DNA of 64,000 bases. Source: Acidimicrobiia bacterium. Lineage in GTDB: Bacteria > Actinomycetota > Acidimicrobiia > Spongiisociales > ZC4RG35. The position numbers and the translations under genes are program-made. The notes beneath the pieces were generated by a model. That model ran no database searches. It was not told the origin of the DNA and saw only the letters and a list, made by a program, of their open reading frames with translations. The stretch lies in contig DATKCZ010000023.1 of assembly GCA_035512955.1 (NCBI GenBank), positions 15,698-79,697 of the forward strand, read 5' to 3'. This document shows, one piece after another, positions 35,562 to 45,431 of this stretch; the stretch's first letter is position 1; every line of letters starts with the position of its first letter.

Positions 35562-37323
35562 CGGGGCTCACGCCAAGACGATGGAGGGCCTGTTCCATGA
35601 TCTCTGAGAAGACCGGGGCTGCCGCCAACCCTCCGGTGCGGTGCTCGTAGTCGGGGGCGTCGATCACCACCGCCACCACCACCTCCGGGTCGTCGATGGG
35701 GGCGAGACCCACGAACGAGGCGCGGGTTTCCGCCGTGTAGCGACCGTCCTCGCCGAGCTTGTTGGCGGTGCCGGTCTTGCCACCGACTCGATAGCCCTCG
35801 ACCGAACCACCGTGACCGGTGCCCTTCTCGACGACCGAGGCGAGCAGCTCGCGCATCAGGAGCGCGGTCCCGGGACTGACCACTTTGCGGGTCTCCACCC
35901 CGGCCACCTCGGTCTCACCGTCGGCGTCCACCTTCGACTTCACGATGTGCGGTGTCGTCCACAGCCCGTCGTTGCCGATTGTGGCGTACGCCGCGGCCAT
36001 CTGCAGCGGGGTGGCTGCCACGGAGTAGCCGATCGCCGCAGACGCCCAGCACGTCTGACAGCCCGGGTCGAAACGCAGGATGCCAGACGCCTCGGCGGTG
36101 TAGTCGATGCCGGTCACTTCTCCGAGACCGAAGGCCTCGATGTACTCAACGAGACGGTCCTCGCCGAGGGTCTCTGCGATCTTGATGGTGCCGACGTTCG
36201 ATGAGCGGGTGAATATGTCCCTCACGGTCATGTCCGCGGTGTCGTGCTCGTCGAAATCTCGGTAACAGCCGTTAACGTCGTCATCTCCAGAACGACAGGC
36301 GTCCTCGAGCAGTTCCAGCTCGTCGTCGACATCGGGGATGATCGTCCCCACACCGACCTCGGCCTCCTCGAGGGCCGCGGCAACCGTGATCACCTTCTGG
36401 GTCGACCCCGGCTCGAAGATGCCACGGACGGCGAAGTTGGAGAACATCCGACATCTCGCCGCGTCTTCTGCCTGATCACAGCGGGGATCGATGGTCTGTC
36501 GGATCTCGGGGTCGAAGACCGGAGCCCCCACCATGGCCAGCACCTCGCCCGTCTCCACGGAGAGCACCACCGCCCAGCACGATTCGGCCGAGGTGCGTTC
36601 CAGGGCATCGAGGCACGACTCCTGGGCCTGATACTGCAAGGGAAGGTCGATGGTGGTCACCAGGTCCATCCCGGGGATGGCAGGGACGATGTTGGTATAC
36701 CCCTGGGGGATCACCCGTCCCGCCCGGTCGCGCTCGTACTCGGCATGACCGGGGACACCCCTCAACTCATCGTCGTAGACCAGCTCGAGCCCTTCCTGAC
36801 CGTCACCGTCGATGTTGACGAAGCCGGTGACATGCGCGGCCACCGGGCCCGCGGGATAGATCCGGGAAGGCTCGGGGTGGGCGAACACCCCAGCCATCTC
36901 CAGACCCAGTATCTGCTCGGCGAGAACCCCGTCGACCTGGCGCTTTATGTAAACGAAGTCCTGGTCGCTGGTGAGACGCTCGTAGAGGGCGTCGGTGTCG
37001 ACTCCGAGCAGCCCGCCCACCTGCTGAGCCACCCACAAGGGCTCGGTCACCTGGTCGGGGACGGCGAACAGGCTCTGGGACTCGACTGTCATCGCCAGCA
37101 GATTTCGGTTGCGGTCGTAGATCTTGCCCCTTTGCGGTGCCATCTCCCGTACCACCAGACGCTGCCTGAGACCCTGCTCGGCCAGCTCGGGGGCGCGGAC
37201 CACCTGGATCTCGACGAGGCGATAGCCCATGGCGAGCCAGGCGGCCACGACCACGAAGCCGATGAGCGCCATGCGCACCCTGCCCGGGTCGAGACGCGGC
37301 GCTCTAGTGACTGCCACGGGCAC
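35545..37323 (-). CDS. ftsI: Penicillin-binding protein (class B transpeptidase, FtsI-like)
   Basis: N-terminal TM. Transpeptidase motifs are STQK (GSTQKVITVAAA), SSN (SSNVGT) and KTGT (GKTGTA). Confidence 0.85.
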   Translation of the reverse strand: MPVAVTRAPRLDPGRVRMALIGFVVVAAWLAMGYRLVEIQVVRAPELAEQGLRQRLVVREMAPQRGKIYDRNRNLLAMTVESQSLFAVPDQVTEPLWVAQQVGGLLGVDTDALYERLTSDQDFVYIKRQVDGVLAEQILGLEMAGVFAHPEPSRIYPAGPVAAHVTGFVNIDGDGQEGLELVYDDELRGVPGHAEYERDRAGRVIPQGYTNIVPAIPGMDLVTTIDLPLQYQAQESCLDALERTSAESCWAVVLSVETGEVLAMVGAPVFDPEIRQTIDPRCDQAEDAARCRMFSNFAVRGIFEPGSTQKVITVAAALEEAEVGVGTIIPDVDDELELLEDACRSGDDDVNGCYRDFDEHDTADMTVRDIFTRSSNVGTIKIAETLGEDRLVEYIEAFGLGEVTGIDYTAEASGILRFDPGCQTCWASAAIGYSVAATPLQMAAAYATIGNDGLWTTPHIVKSKVDADGETEVAGVETRKVVSPGTALLMRELLASVVEKGTGHGGSVEGYRVGGKTGTANKLGEDGRYTAETRASFVGLAPIDDPEVVVAVVIDAPDYEHRTGGLAAAPVFSEIMEQALHRLGVSPDGEQG

Positions 37324-37395
37324 CGACTCTCCGGCTGGGCATCCGGAGGGGCGGGGCCCCGCACATCAACCCGGTACCAGCGCGTCCACGGGGGC

Positions 37396-37781
37396 TCATT
37401 GATTCGCTCCGTCTCCATCGGACTCCGCCACGACGGGGAACGGAGCGTCCAGATTCACCAACAGCTGATTGGTCACGGTGGGGATGACGAGACCGAGCTC
37501 ATCGGCCAGCGGGGCGATGCGGGCCGGGTTCTCCAGCCGAGCCACCTCGAGACGAAGTTGCTCGTTGAGGGCCGCCTGCTCGTCGATGGCTCGGTTCAGC
37601 TCGGCGAGATCGAAAGCCGACCGATCGAGACTGGTCCTGGCAAACCCGAGGCCGAGAAAGGCGACCACGGCGATGAGCACCATGATCATCCACGGCGCCA
37701 CCGAAGGTCTGCGCAGCCGGCGCCCCTTCAAGACGCGAAGACGCTGATCGGTTCCCACGCGGCGAAGGGGGCGTGCGGTCA
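37396..37781 (-). CDS. ftsL: Cell division protein FtsL-like (septum formation initiator)
   Basis: 128 aa. Basic N-terminus, one TM (WMIMVLIAVVAFLGL) and a coiled-coil (NEQLRLEVARLENPARI). Canonical position between rsmH and ftsI. Start ATG rc 37779-37781 overlaps the rsmH stop. Confidence 0.6.
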
Positions 37782-38714
37782 TCAGGCAACCTTCTCCACT
37801 GCCCGGAGCACCGCCGACCTCGCCCTCGGGTTGGTCTCGATCTCCGCGGCGCTGGCCCGTATCGGCTTGCGGGTGAGGACACGGACTTCGGTGGTGTTGC
37901 CACAGCCGCAGACGGGGAGGTCGGGAGGGCAGGTGCAACCCTTGGCCCGACCGGCGAAGTGCTGTTTGACGATGCGATCCTCGAGGGAGTGATAGGAGAT
38001 GGCGATCACCCGGCCCCCGGGACGAACCAGGTCGACCGACTTCTCGATACCGGTGGCCACCGCGTCGAGCTCGCGGTTCACCGCGATTCGCAGCGCCTGG
38101 AAGGTGCGCCGGGCAGGGTGACCCGCCCGGCGCCGGGCCGCGGGCATCGCATCGGCGATGACGGTGGACAGCGTGGCAGTGGAGTGGATGGGGCGGGCGG
38201 CGACTATGGCCCGGGCGATCCTGCGGGCCTGGGGCTCCTCGCCGTATTCGCGGATGATGCGGGCCAGGTCGTCGATGCTCCAGCGGTTGACGATCTCGTC
38301 CGCGCGTAGCGGGGCGTCGGGCCCCATGCGCATGTCGAGGGGGCCCTCTCGGCGGTAGGAAAAACCGCGGGCCGCTTCGTCCAGCTGGTGTGAGGAGACC
38401 CCGAAATCGAAGAGCACGCCGGCAACAGGCTCCTCGGACAGAGAGGACACCACCGAGTCGATATCGGCGAAGTTGGCCTCGACGACGATGGCATCGAGAC
38501 CAACGGCGGTGGACACCGCTTCTGGGTCCCGGTCCATGGCTATGACGGTCACATCTTCTCCAAACTCGTCCAGCATTCGTCTCGTGTGGCCGCCCCCGCC
38601 GAAGGTTGCGTCCACAACCAGTCCCGGCAGCACCGGGGCCATCAACCCGATTACTTCGTCTGCCAGAACCGGCCTGTGGTAAGCGGTCTCGCCTTCGCTC
38701 CGGTCCTGGTTCAT
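37782..38714 (-). CDS. rsmH: 16S rRNA (cytosine1402-N4)-methyltransferase RsmH (MraW)
   Basis: YHRPVLADEV, SAM-binding DATFGGGGH, MDRDP and SYHSLEDR. Classic RsmH. Confidence 0.9.
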   Translation of the reverse strand: MNQDRSEGETAYHRPVLADEVIGLMAPVLPGLVVDATFGGGGHTRRMLDEFGEDVTVIAMDRDPEAVSTAVGLDAIVVEANFADIDSVVSSLSEEPVAGVLFDFGVSSHQLDEAARGFSYRREGPLDMRMGPDAPLRADEIVNRWSIDDLARIIREYGEEPQARRIARAIVAARPIHSTATLSTVIADAMPAARRRAGHPARRTFQALRIAVNRELDAVATGIEKSVDLVRPGGRVIAISYHSLEDRIVKQHFAGRAKGCTCPPDLPVCGCGNTTEVRVLTRKPIRASAAEIETNPRARSAVLRAVEKVA

Positions 38715-38817
38715 TGCGAGCCCCCCGGGCGCTGGTACCAACTAGAGGCGGGCGGAGTCAGGGGCCTTCCAATTGGTTCCGGGGGGCTCGCAATGAGCCC
38801 AAACCGTCTCTGCTCTG

Positions 38818-39231
38818 TCAGTCCTCCTCTTCCAGATAGCTCTGGTCGCCCGAGGCCCGGTCCGCCACATGCCGGTCCTTGTCCCAGAGCTCGATGTGGT
38901 CGTAGACACCCAGCACCGCGATCTCGGTCCCCAACTCGAGGGCGGCGAACTGACGGAGATCCGGCTTGACCAGGACCCGGCCCGACTTGTCGGGGGTCTG
39001 CAGGTCGGCACCGGCGAAGACGGTCCTCGAGAAGCGACGCCCCGTCCTGTCCTGGGGGTGGTCCATCACCTCGGCCGCCTTCTTCTCGAAATCGTCGGCG
39101 GCGAAGATGACCAGCTGGCCGTCCTGACCCTTGGTGATGACACAGCCCTCTTCGAGACGACGGCGAAAACCGGAGGGCATGACCACCCTTCCCTTGCCGT
39201 CGAGGCTGTGGAAGTACTCGCCGAGGAACAC
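38818..39231 (-). CDS. mraZ: Transcriptional regulator MraZ
   Basis: MFLGEYFHSLDGKGRVVMPSGFRRRL and a second repeat containing KSGRVLVKPDLRQFA (duplicated MraZ/SpoVT-AbrB-like halves). Confidence 0.9.
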   Translation of the reverse strand: MFLGEYFHSLDGKGRVVMPSGFRRRLEEGCVITKGQDGQLVIFAADDFEKKAAEVMDHPQDRTGRRFSRTVFAGADLQTPDKSGRVLVKPDLRQFAALELGTEIAVLGVYDHIELWDKDRHVADRASGDQSYLEEED

Positions 39232-39295
39232 TTCTGCTCTTTTCCGTTCTTCCTCACTGTCCGACCCCCTTGCATGGGGCGTGTCCGGAGGACAC

Positions 39296-39350
39296 GAGCG
39301 CCACTATGACCCACTTTGCCCCACTTGTCAACCCTTTCAGCCCACAGTGC
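39296..39350 (-). promoter_or_regulatory. Pmra-like promoter with phased GTGGG (MraZ-box-like) direct repeats
   Basis: On the mraZ coding strand: ..GTGGGctgaaaGGGTTGACAaGTGGGgcaaaGTGGGtcataGTGGC.. The GTGGN repeats recur at roughly 10-bp phasing (forward coordinates about 39300, 39310, 39320, 39341). TTGACA (-35-like) is followed 17 nt later by CATAGT (-10-like), about 65-115 nt upstream of the mraZ ATG. Confidence 0.5.
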
Positions 39351-39469
39351 TCCATATCGTGGGGACAACGGGAAGGGCGAGTCGCCCCGGCCAGACCGGG
39401 GTCGACGATGAGGGTGGCCGACTCAGCTCTCTTGCGGGGAGCGACCCGTCGACGGCGGCACGGTCCTGG

Positions 39470-39972
39470 TCAGGCGGACTCGGCGAGCAGGTAGGGATGC
39501 CACGACGGATCGACCTGAAAACCGGTGGAGGCGTAGATCCAGGCGAAACGGCGAGGCGGCCCGGGCTTGGTTCTCAGCCGTAGCCCGCTCTCGTCGAGGC
39601 TGCGCGCACCCTTGCGCACATTGCACGATCGGCAACAGGCAACGACGTTCTCCCAGCTGTGATCTCCCCCCTTGGACCTGGGCTGAACATGGTCGAGGGA
39701 CTCGGCGGGACCACCGCAGTACTGACAGGCATGGCCATCACGCCCGAAAACCGCGCGCCGGGTCACCGGGACGACCCGACGATATGGCACTTTGACATAG
39801 CGGTTGAGACGGACCACCGACGGCAGCTCGACGGCGGTCGATTCCGAGGACCAGATCTCGTCGCGACCGACCACCACGGTCGCTTTGTCGCTGAGGACGA
39901 GCACGACCGCCCGTCGCTCGCTGACGACCGACAGTGGCTCGAAGCTCGCATTGAGGACAAGGGCTCGTGTCA
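39470..39972 (-). CDS. HNH endonuclease family protein (conserved actinobacterial type)
   Basis: The MTRALVLNASFEPLSVVSERRAVVLVLSDKA N-terminus and HNH core (GRDGHACQYCGGPAESLDHVQPRSKGGDHSWENVVACCRSCNVRKG) are both present. Start reassigned to MTRAL. Confidence 0.75.
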
Positions 39973-40040
39973 TTTCCAACAACGACCTACGTCCCAGAAG
40001 AGTAATCGGAGCCTCGTTTAGGTCGACCGACATTGCCGGG

Positions 40041-40616
40041 TCAGCCGGCCACCGTTCGCTCACCCGGCACACCGGCTTCCCCGAGCGCCCTGGCCACTGC
40101 ATCGGTCAGACCGTCCAGCCAGCCATGATTGATGTCGGCCACTCCCCTGGTCTCTCTCTCCCCATCTGATGCCACCACCGCCAGAGTGCCGTCCTCATCG
40201 ATGGTGAGGTCGACGATGGCGAGCGGCACGCGTCCGATCACCTGGCACCAGGTGTCTGCCACACCTTGGGCGATGGAGAGCGGCTCCGCGGAAACGATGC
40301 GAAAAGACTTGACCGATGCGGTGGCCACCTCGACTCTGGCCCCCGAACCGACCGGTGTGATCTTGACGTCCACCCCGATGCTCGCGGTCGGCCGGGCCGG
40401 TCGGCCGGCTTCGATGACCGGGTGATGATCACGTCTCAGGCCGTAGGCGGCGAGCAGCGCACGCAGCTTCTCCATCACCACCGCCTCGTCGGCATCGGGC
40501 TCGAGACGAACGTCGATGCCCCGCCCGAATCCCTCGAGGTCGATGACGACCGAAGCCACTCCTGGTATGTCTTCGAGCCGACTGGCCAGACTCGACTTCA
40601 TGCCACCCGCTCCCAT
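40041..40616 (-). CDS. Hypothetical protein
   Basis: 191-aa ORF with non-artifactual composition (MKSSLASRLEDIPGVASVVIDLEGFGRGIDV...). No recognisable motif. Confidence 0.4.
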   Translation of the reverse strand: MGAGGMKSSLASRLEDIPGVASVVIDLEGFGRGIDVRLEPDADEAVVMEKLRALLAAYGLRRDHHPVIEAGRPARPTASIGVDVKITPVGSGARVEVATASVKSFRIVSAEPLSIAQGVADTWCQVIGRVPLAIVDLTIDEDGTLAVVASDGERETRGVADINHGWLDGLTDAVARALGEAGVPGERTVAG

Positions 40617-40843
40617 TTACGGATACTACGCATCTCCCTACGCCAGGCCAGGTAGTAAACCAGGTCGTGAGCGCTCACGGTGGTTCGAGGGTCACCGTAT
40701 GCGGTGTACCGACGCCACCTCAGGTAGGGCTGAGCCATGCCGATCCCGCCGCGGCGACGCCAGCCGAGCCAGGCCCTCACCGCCTCGGGGATAAGCGTGG
40801 GACGGCGGACGATGGCGAGAATCGATCCCCTTGCGAAACCCAA
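40598..40843 (-). CDS. Small hypothetical protein (81 aa)
   Basis: Contains the motif PYLRWRRYTAYGDP...DLVYYLAWRREM. The composition looks coding, but I could not assign a family. Confidence 0.35.
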   Translation of the reverse strand: MGFARGSILAIVRRPTLIPEAVRAWLGWRRRGGIGMAQPYLRWRRYTAYGDPRTTVSAHDLVYYLAWRREMRSIRKWERVA

Positions 40844-40932
40844 TCTTGCCTCCCGACGTTCTTAACCCGTGCCCGGGCAAGAGTCTAGTGCCCACATACC
40901 GGGATCATCGTTAGAGTTCTAGTTTCGAGTCA

Positions 40933-41928
40933 TTGGAGGGTCACGGCTTGGCCGACGTAGCATCCGACGCGATCGACCTGTTCGGGAGGCGTTTCGACAG
41001 TCTCGTCTCGAACGTGGAGACAGTGATCCAGGGCAAACGCGATGTCGTGGAGCTCCTGGTGCTCGCAATGGTCTCCGAAGGGCACGTCCTCATCGAAGAC
41101 GTCCCCGGAGTGGGCAAGACCCAGCTGGCGAAGTCATTGGCCCGCTCCATCCAGGGTGACTTCCACCGGGTTCAGTTCACCCCGGACCTGCTCCCGTCCG
41201 ACGTCACCGGGGTATCGGTCTGGGACCGCAACGCGGGCGAGTTCGAGTTCAAGCCGGGACCGATATTCGCCAACATCGTGGTCGGTGACGAGATAAACCG
41301 GGCCAGCCCGAAGACCCAGTCGGCCCTGCTCGAGGCGATGGAGGAGCGTCAGGTGACCTCTGATGGCGTCACTCGGGCCCTACAGCCTCCATTCATGGTC
41401 ATCGCCACCCAGAACCCGTTGGAGCACGAGGGCACCTATCCCCTTCCCGAGGCCCAGCTGGACCGGTTCATGATGAGGGTCGTGATCGGCTATCCCAGTC
41501 GGGAGAAAGAGCTGGAGATCCTCGACACCCACGGGATCCGCTCCACCTTCCACGACCTCGAGGCGGTGGCGACACTCCAAGAGGTCAGGGAGATGGTCGA
41601 CATCGCCCGGAAGGTGGCCGTGTCCACCTCGGTGAAGAACTACATCGTGGATCTGGTGGAGGGCACCCGGCTCCACCCCGACATCATGCTCGGCGCCTCG
41701 CCACGCTCGGCCTTGTTCCTCCAACGCATCGCCCGCAGCCGTGCGGCCGCCAATGGGCGTGACTACGTGATGCCCGACGACATCAAGGACCTGGCCAGCC
41801 CGGTGCTGGTGCACCGCCTCGCCCTCCGACCCGAGGCGCAGATGCGTGGTGAGACCATCAACACCATCATCGACGACGTGATGGGGCGCATCCGGGTCCC
41901 CGGCACGACCTCCCGGATCGCCACCTGA
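40933..41928 (+). CDS. MoxR-family AAA+ ATPase
   Basis: Walker A GVPGVGKTQLAKSLA, Walker B VVGDEINRASPKTQSALLEAM and sensor ATQNPLEHEGTYPLPEAQLDRF. Confidence 0.85.
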   Translation: MEGHGLADVASDAIDLFGRRFDSLVSNVETVIQGKRDVVELLVLAMVSEGHVLIEDVPGVGKTQLAKSLARSIQGDFHRVQFTPDLLPSDVTGVSVWDRNAGEFEFKPGPIFANIVVGDEINRASPKTQSALLEAMEERQVTSDGVTRALQPPFMVIATQNPLEHEGTYPLPEAQLDRFMMRVVIGYPSREKELEILDTHGIRSTFHDLEAVATLQEVREMVDIARKVAVSTSVKNYIVDLVEGTRLHPDIMLGASPRSALFLQRIARSRAAANGRDYVMPDDIKDLASPVLVHRLALRPEAQMRGETINTIIDDVMGRIRVPGTTSRIAT

Positions 41929-43106
41929 TGCCGACACCGCGCGGCTGGGCTCTTCTCGGAGCCGGTCTTGCGCTCGTCCTGCTCTGGTGGCTGCTCGGCG
42001 ACGAGGAGCTGCTCTTGGTCGCCGTCTTCTTCATCGTCGCCCAACTGGCCGCTCTCGCATATGTGCGTCTCCACCGACCCGAGCTGAGGATTGGGCGGCG
42101 GCTGGGGTCCACTGCCGTGCACAACGGGGACACGGTCCAGGTGACCCTCACTCTCCGCAACCCGGGACGCCGCCCCGTCCGCAACATGTCGGTGGTCGAC
42201 GAGGTGGAGAGTCTGGGCGTGGCCTCTTTCGAGATCGCCAGCATCGTCCCGGGGACCGCGGCATCTGCAACCTATAGGGTGTTGTGCCGACCCCGGGGCA
42301 TATATCGGGTCGGGCCGTCGCGTGCGATCTCCACCGATCCGCTGGGCATGGCCGAACTGCCCGCACCGGACGGTCCCGTCGACCAACTCGTGGTCTACCC
42401 CACGGTGGAGATCCTCACCGGGTTTCCCATGGTCAGGGGTCAGGATCCTTCGATGGCCGCCTCCCGTCCCGAGCACTCCCAACGTGGCGGTGAGGACTTC
42501 TACACGTTGCGCGAGTACCAGCGGGGCGACGACTTGCGACGGGTGCACTGGCCCTCGTCGGCCAAGACCGATCATCTCATGATCAGACAGCTCGAGACAC
42601 CCTGGCAGTCCCGCGCCCTCGTCCTCCTCGACGTGCGCGCATCGGTGTACGAGTCGACGGAGGCCTTCGAGACGGCGGTGTCGGGAGCGGCAACCGTGGT
42701 GACCCATCTGGTCAGATCGGGTTTCGATGCCGATCTATGGGCCGGCGACCCCCAGGCCATCGACGCCACCCGGTACTCGGCCGCCATGGAGAAGTTGGCG
42801 CTGGTCCAGCCCCTCACCGCCATCGACCTCGAGTCGGTGGCGACACATATCCGTCACAAGGGTGGAGGCGGTGCGCTGGTGATCGTGACCGGGACCGCCG
42901 ACCGCAGCCTGATCTCGGTACAGCAATTGCTCAGCCGTGACTACCCCACCTCGGTTCTGCTCGGCGTTTCCAGCACCACCCCCCAGACCTTGGCCGGGTT
43001 CCACCGGTTGGGAGTGACCACCGTCACGGTGGCTCCAGGGGAGAGCTGGGCACAGGAATGGATGACCTCGATTGGAGCAGCGTGGGACGCCGCATCGGCC
43101 AGCTAG
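41928..43106 (+). CDS. DUF58 domain protein (MoxR partner, vWA-like)
   Basis: N-terminal 2 TM, then the DUF58 signature GEDFYTLREYQRGDDLRRVHW. Start overlaps the MoxR stop. Confidence 0.8.
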   Translation: MPTPRGWALLGAGLALVLLWWLLGDEELLLVAVFFIVAQLAALAYVRLHRPELRIGRRLGSTAVHNGDTVQVTLTLRNPGRRPVRNMSVVDEVESLGVASFEIASIVPGTAASATYRVLCRPRGIYRVGPSRAISTDPLGMAELPAPDGPVDQLVVYPTVEILTGFPMVRGQDPSMAASRPEHSQRGGEDFYTLREYQRGDDLRRVHWPSSAKTDHLMIRQLETPWQSRALVLLDVRASVYESTEAFETAVSGAATVVTHLVRSGFDADLWAGDPQAIDATRYSAAMEKLALVQPLTAIDLESVATHIRHKGGGGALVIVTGTADRSLISVQQLLSRDYPTSVLLGVSSTTPQTLAGFHRLGVTTVTVAPGESWAQEWMTSIGAAWDAASAS

Positions 43107-45421
43107 CCGGAGCCCTCGCCTTCGTCATCATGATGGGGCGTCTCGGACGTCTCCTCGAGACCGGCCCGCAATATCCGAGTTGGAATCTGATCCTGGCAGC
43201 CTCGACATTTCTCGGTGGGGTGGCCTGGTGGCTCCTCGGGCAGGTGACATCGAACCGAAAGGCGAAGGTTGCCGTCTTCGCCGCGGCCGGGGTGCTGCTC
43301 GCCCTCAGGGTCAGCGTCCCGCAGACGCTGACCGCGGGGATCCTTCCCTCTGAGGCGACCCCCGCGGCACTGGGTGAGACCCTCGAGCTCGCCCTGCGCA
43401 CGATCCGATCCGGAATCGCCCCGGTCGAGCCCTTCGTCGGCATCCTCTCCATCCTCGCCATCGCCATGTGGGTCATCGGCGCCCTCTTCACGTGGGGCAA
43501 CACCGGCGGCCCTCATGCCGCCATGTTCCTCCCCTCCCTCGTGATGTACTTCCAGTTCGCGGTCTTCGATCGGATTCCCGCAGGTCGCGGTTGGTTGGCG
43601 GTCTCCACCCTCGCTCTGACCCTATCCGTGGTGTCGATCGCCTTGGAGCGGCACGAGGAAACGGGTCGGGCCAGGGATGCGGAGGGCCGTCCCATGCACC
43701 GGCGGTCGGTGAGTCTCGCTGCGATCATGGCCGCACTTCTCGGGGTCGCCTCCCTCGCCGCGGCCGACAACGCGTCGGGTCTCATCTCCGAGTACGGGAA
43801 CGCCCCATGGCGAACCGGTGACGGCCTGGGGCCAGGACCAGGTGGCGGGGTCCGCTTCGACGGCCTGGTCGATCTTCAGCAGCGCATCCTCAACCCGAGC
43901 AACGAGCCGGTCTTCACCGCGCGATTCGCCGCCGACACGCCACCTGAGATCAACCCGTACTGGATTGTGGACACCCTGGACACCTTCGACGGCGCGGGGT
44001 GGAGCCGCGCCAGTGCCGGCAACCGACGTTATGAACCGGGCCAGGCCGTGGTCGACGAGCCGAACGTCTACGGAGGCACCACCCATCAGGTGCTGCAGGC
44101 GGTCCGCATCGAGGGGCTGGACACCGTACTCGCTCCCACCGCGGGGACCCCGATCGAGATCCAGGACCCGACCGGGGACTCAGGTGCCGCCAACACGAGA
44201 CGTGCCACCGAGTTCCACACAGTCGGTGGGATCTCGATCGGGGTCACCGGGGGCTTCCAGACCGACGACCAGTATCAACTGCGCACCGTGGTGACCGATC
44301 GGACCGCCGACCTGGGTGCGCTCGCCACCGACGAGACGGGCGGCCTCAGCCCGGTATTCGCCGCAGCCGCGGGAGCCGGGGTGTTTCCCTACCAGCCGAG
44401 CTCGGTCGATGACCCTCCCGCCGCCCTCCCCGACCGCGACCGGTACCTGACCATTCCCGAGGACACTCCTCCGGCCATCGGCATCCTCGCTCGAAGTGTG
44501 ACCGCGGGCCGGACCACGGATTTCGAAGCAGCTTGGATGCTGCAGTCGTGGTTCCGCGACGGCGGGGGAGATTTCACCTACTCCACCGAGGTGAGCACCG
44601 GTCACGACGCCCTGGTGTTGGAGGATTGGCTGACCGACGACACCTCTGTCAACTACAGGACCGGTTACTGCGAGCAGTTCGCTGCTGCCATGGGCGTTCT
44701 CGCCCGGTCGCTCCGCATCCCCAGCCGGGTGGTGTGGGGCTTCACCCCCGGTTCTGTCGACGAGACCGGGCTCATCACCGTGCGCGACACCAATGCCCAC
44801 GCCTGGGTCGAGCTCTGGATCGAGCCCTACGGCTGGCACCCCTTCGACCCGACGCCTCGCGCCGAGCAGACCGGGTTCGAGCTCCAGCCCCCGAGCGTCA
44901 CCGCCGGGCTCGACCCGACCGACTTCCTGGGCGCACCAGAGGAGAACCCGGCGCAGTCACCGACCAATCCCGAGGGCCAGCTCCCCGAATTCATCGACGA
45001 CCCGCCCCCCGAGGTCGATGCAACCGCGAACCGGGCCGCGAGGTGGTGGCTCATCGGCTTGGTGGCCCTGGTGCCGTTGCTGTTGGTTATTCCCCTGCTC
45101 AAGCGGCTTCGACGACGTCGCCGGTTGACCCGGGTGAGGCACGGGGACATCACCGCGGCTTGGGACGAGATCGTCGACCGGCTCACCGACCTCGGCGTGC
45201 CCCTCCCCGAGTCACTCACCCCGATGGAACTGGCCCGAGCGACCGACCGCGCCCTCATACCCTTGGCGATGAGCTACTCCTCCACGGTGTACGGGGGACG
45301 CACCGGTCAGGCTCGCGAGTCCGACTTGATCGGAGTGGAGTGGTGGATAGACCGGTCGTACGACGGACCCGATCGGGCACGGGCGGCGATGAGTCTGAAG
45401 TCCCTCATCAGACGTCCCTGA
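43058..45421 (+). CDS. Transglutaminase-like domain membrane protein (third gene of the MoxR/DUF58/TGase module)
   Basis: Multi-TM N-terminal region, then a transglutaminase core with catalytic Cys in YRTGYCEQFAAAMG. Pro/Glu-rich linker and a C-terminal TM. The 5' end overlaps the DUF58 gene, so the true start may be internal. Confidence 0.8.
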   Translation: MDDLDWSSVGRRIGQLAGALAFVIMMGRLGRLLETGPQYPSWNLILAASTFLGGVAWWLLGQVTSNRKAKVAVFAAAGVLLALRVSVPQTLTAGILPSEATPAALGETLELALRTIRSGIAPVEPFVGILSILAIAMWVIGALFTWGNTGGPHAAMFLPSLVMYFQFAVFDRIPAGRGWLAVSTLALTLSVVSIALERHEETGRARDAEGRPMHRRSVSLAAIMAALLGVASLAAADNASGLISEYGNAPWRTGDGLGPGPGGGVRFDGLVDLQQRILNPSNEPVFTARFAADTPPEINPYWIVDTLDTFDGAGWSRASAGNRRYEPGQAVVDEPNVYGGTTHQVLQAVRIEGLDTVLAPTAGTPIEIQDPTGDSGAANTRRATEFHTVGGISIGVTGGFQTDDQYQLRTVVTDRTADLGALATDETGGLSPVFAAAAGAGVFPYQPSSVDDPPAALPDRDRYLTIPEDTPPAIGILARSVTAGRTTDFEAAWMLQSWFRDGGGDFTYSTEVSTGHDALVLEDWLTDDTSVNYRTGYCEQFAAAMGVLARSLRIPSRVVWGFTPGSVDETGLITVRDTNAHAWVELWIEPYGWHPFDPTPRAEQTGFELQPPSVTAGLDPTDFLGAPEENPAQSPTNPEGQLPEFIDDPPPEVDATANRAARWWLIGLVALVPLLLVIPLLKRLRRRRRLTRVRHGDITAAWDEIVDRLTDLGVPLPESLTPMELARATDRALIPLAMSYSSTVYGGRTGQARESDLIGVEWWIDRSYDGPDRARAAMSLKSLIRRP

Positions 45422-45431
45422 CCACGACGCC

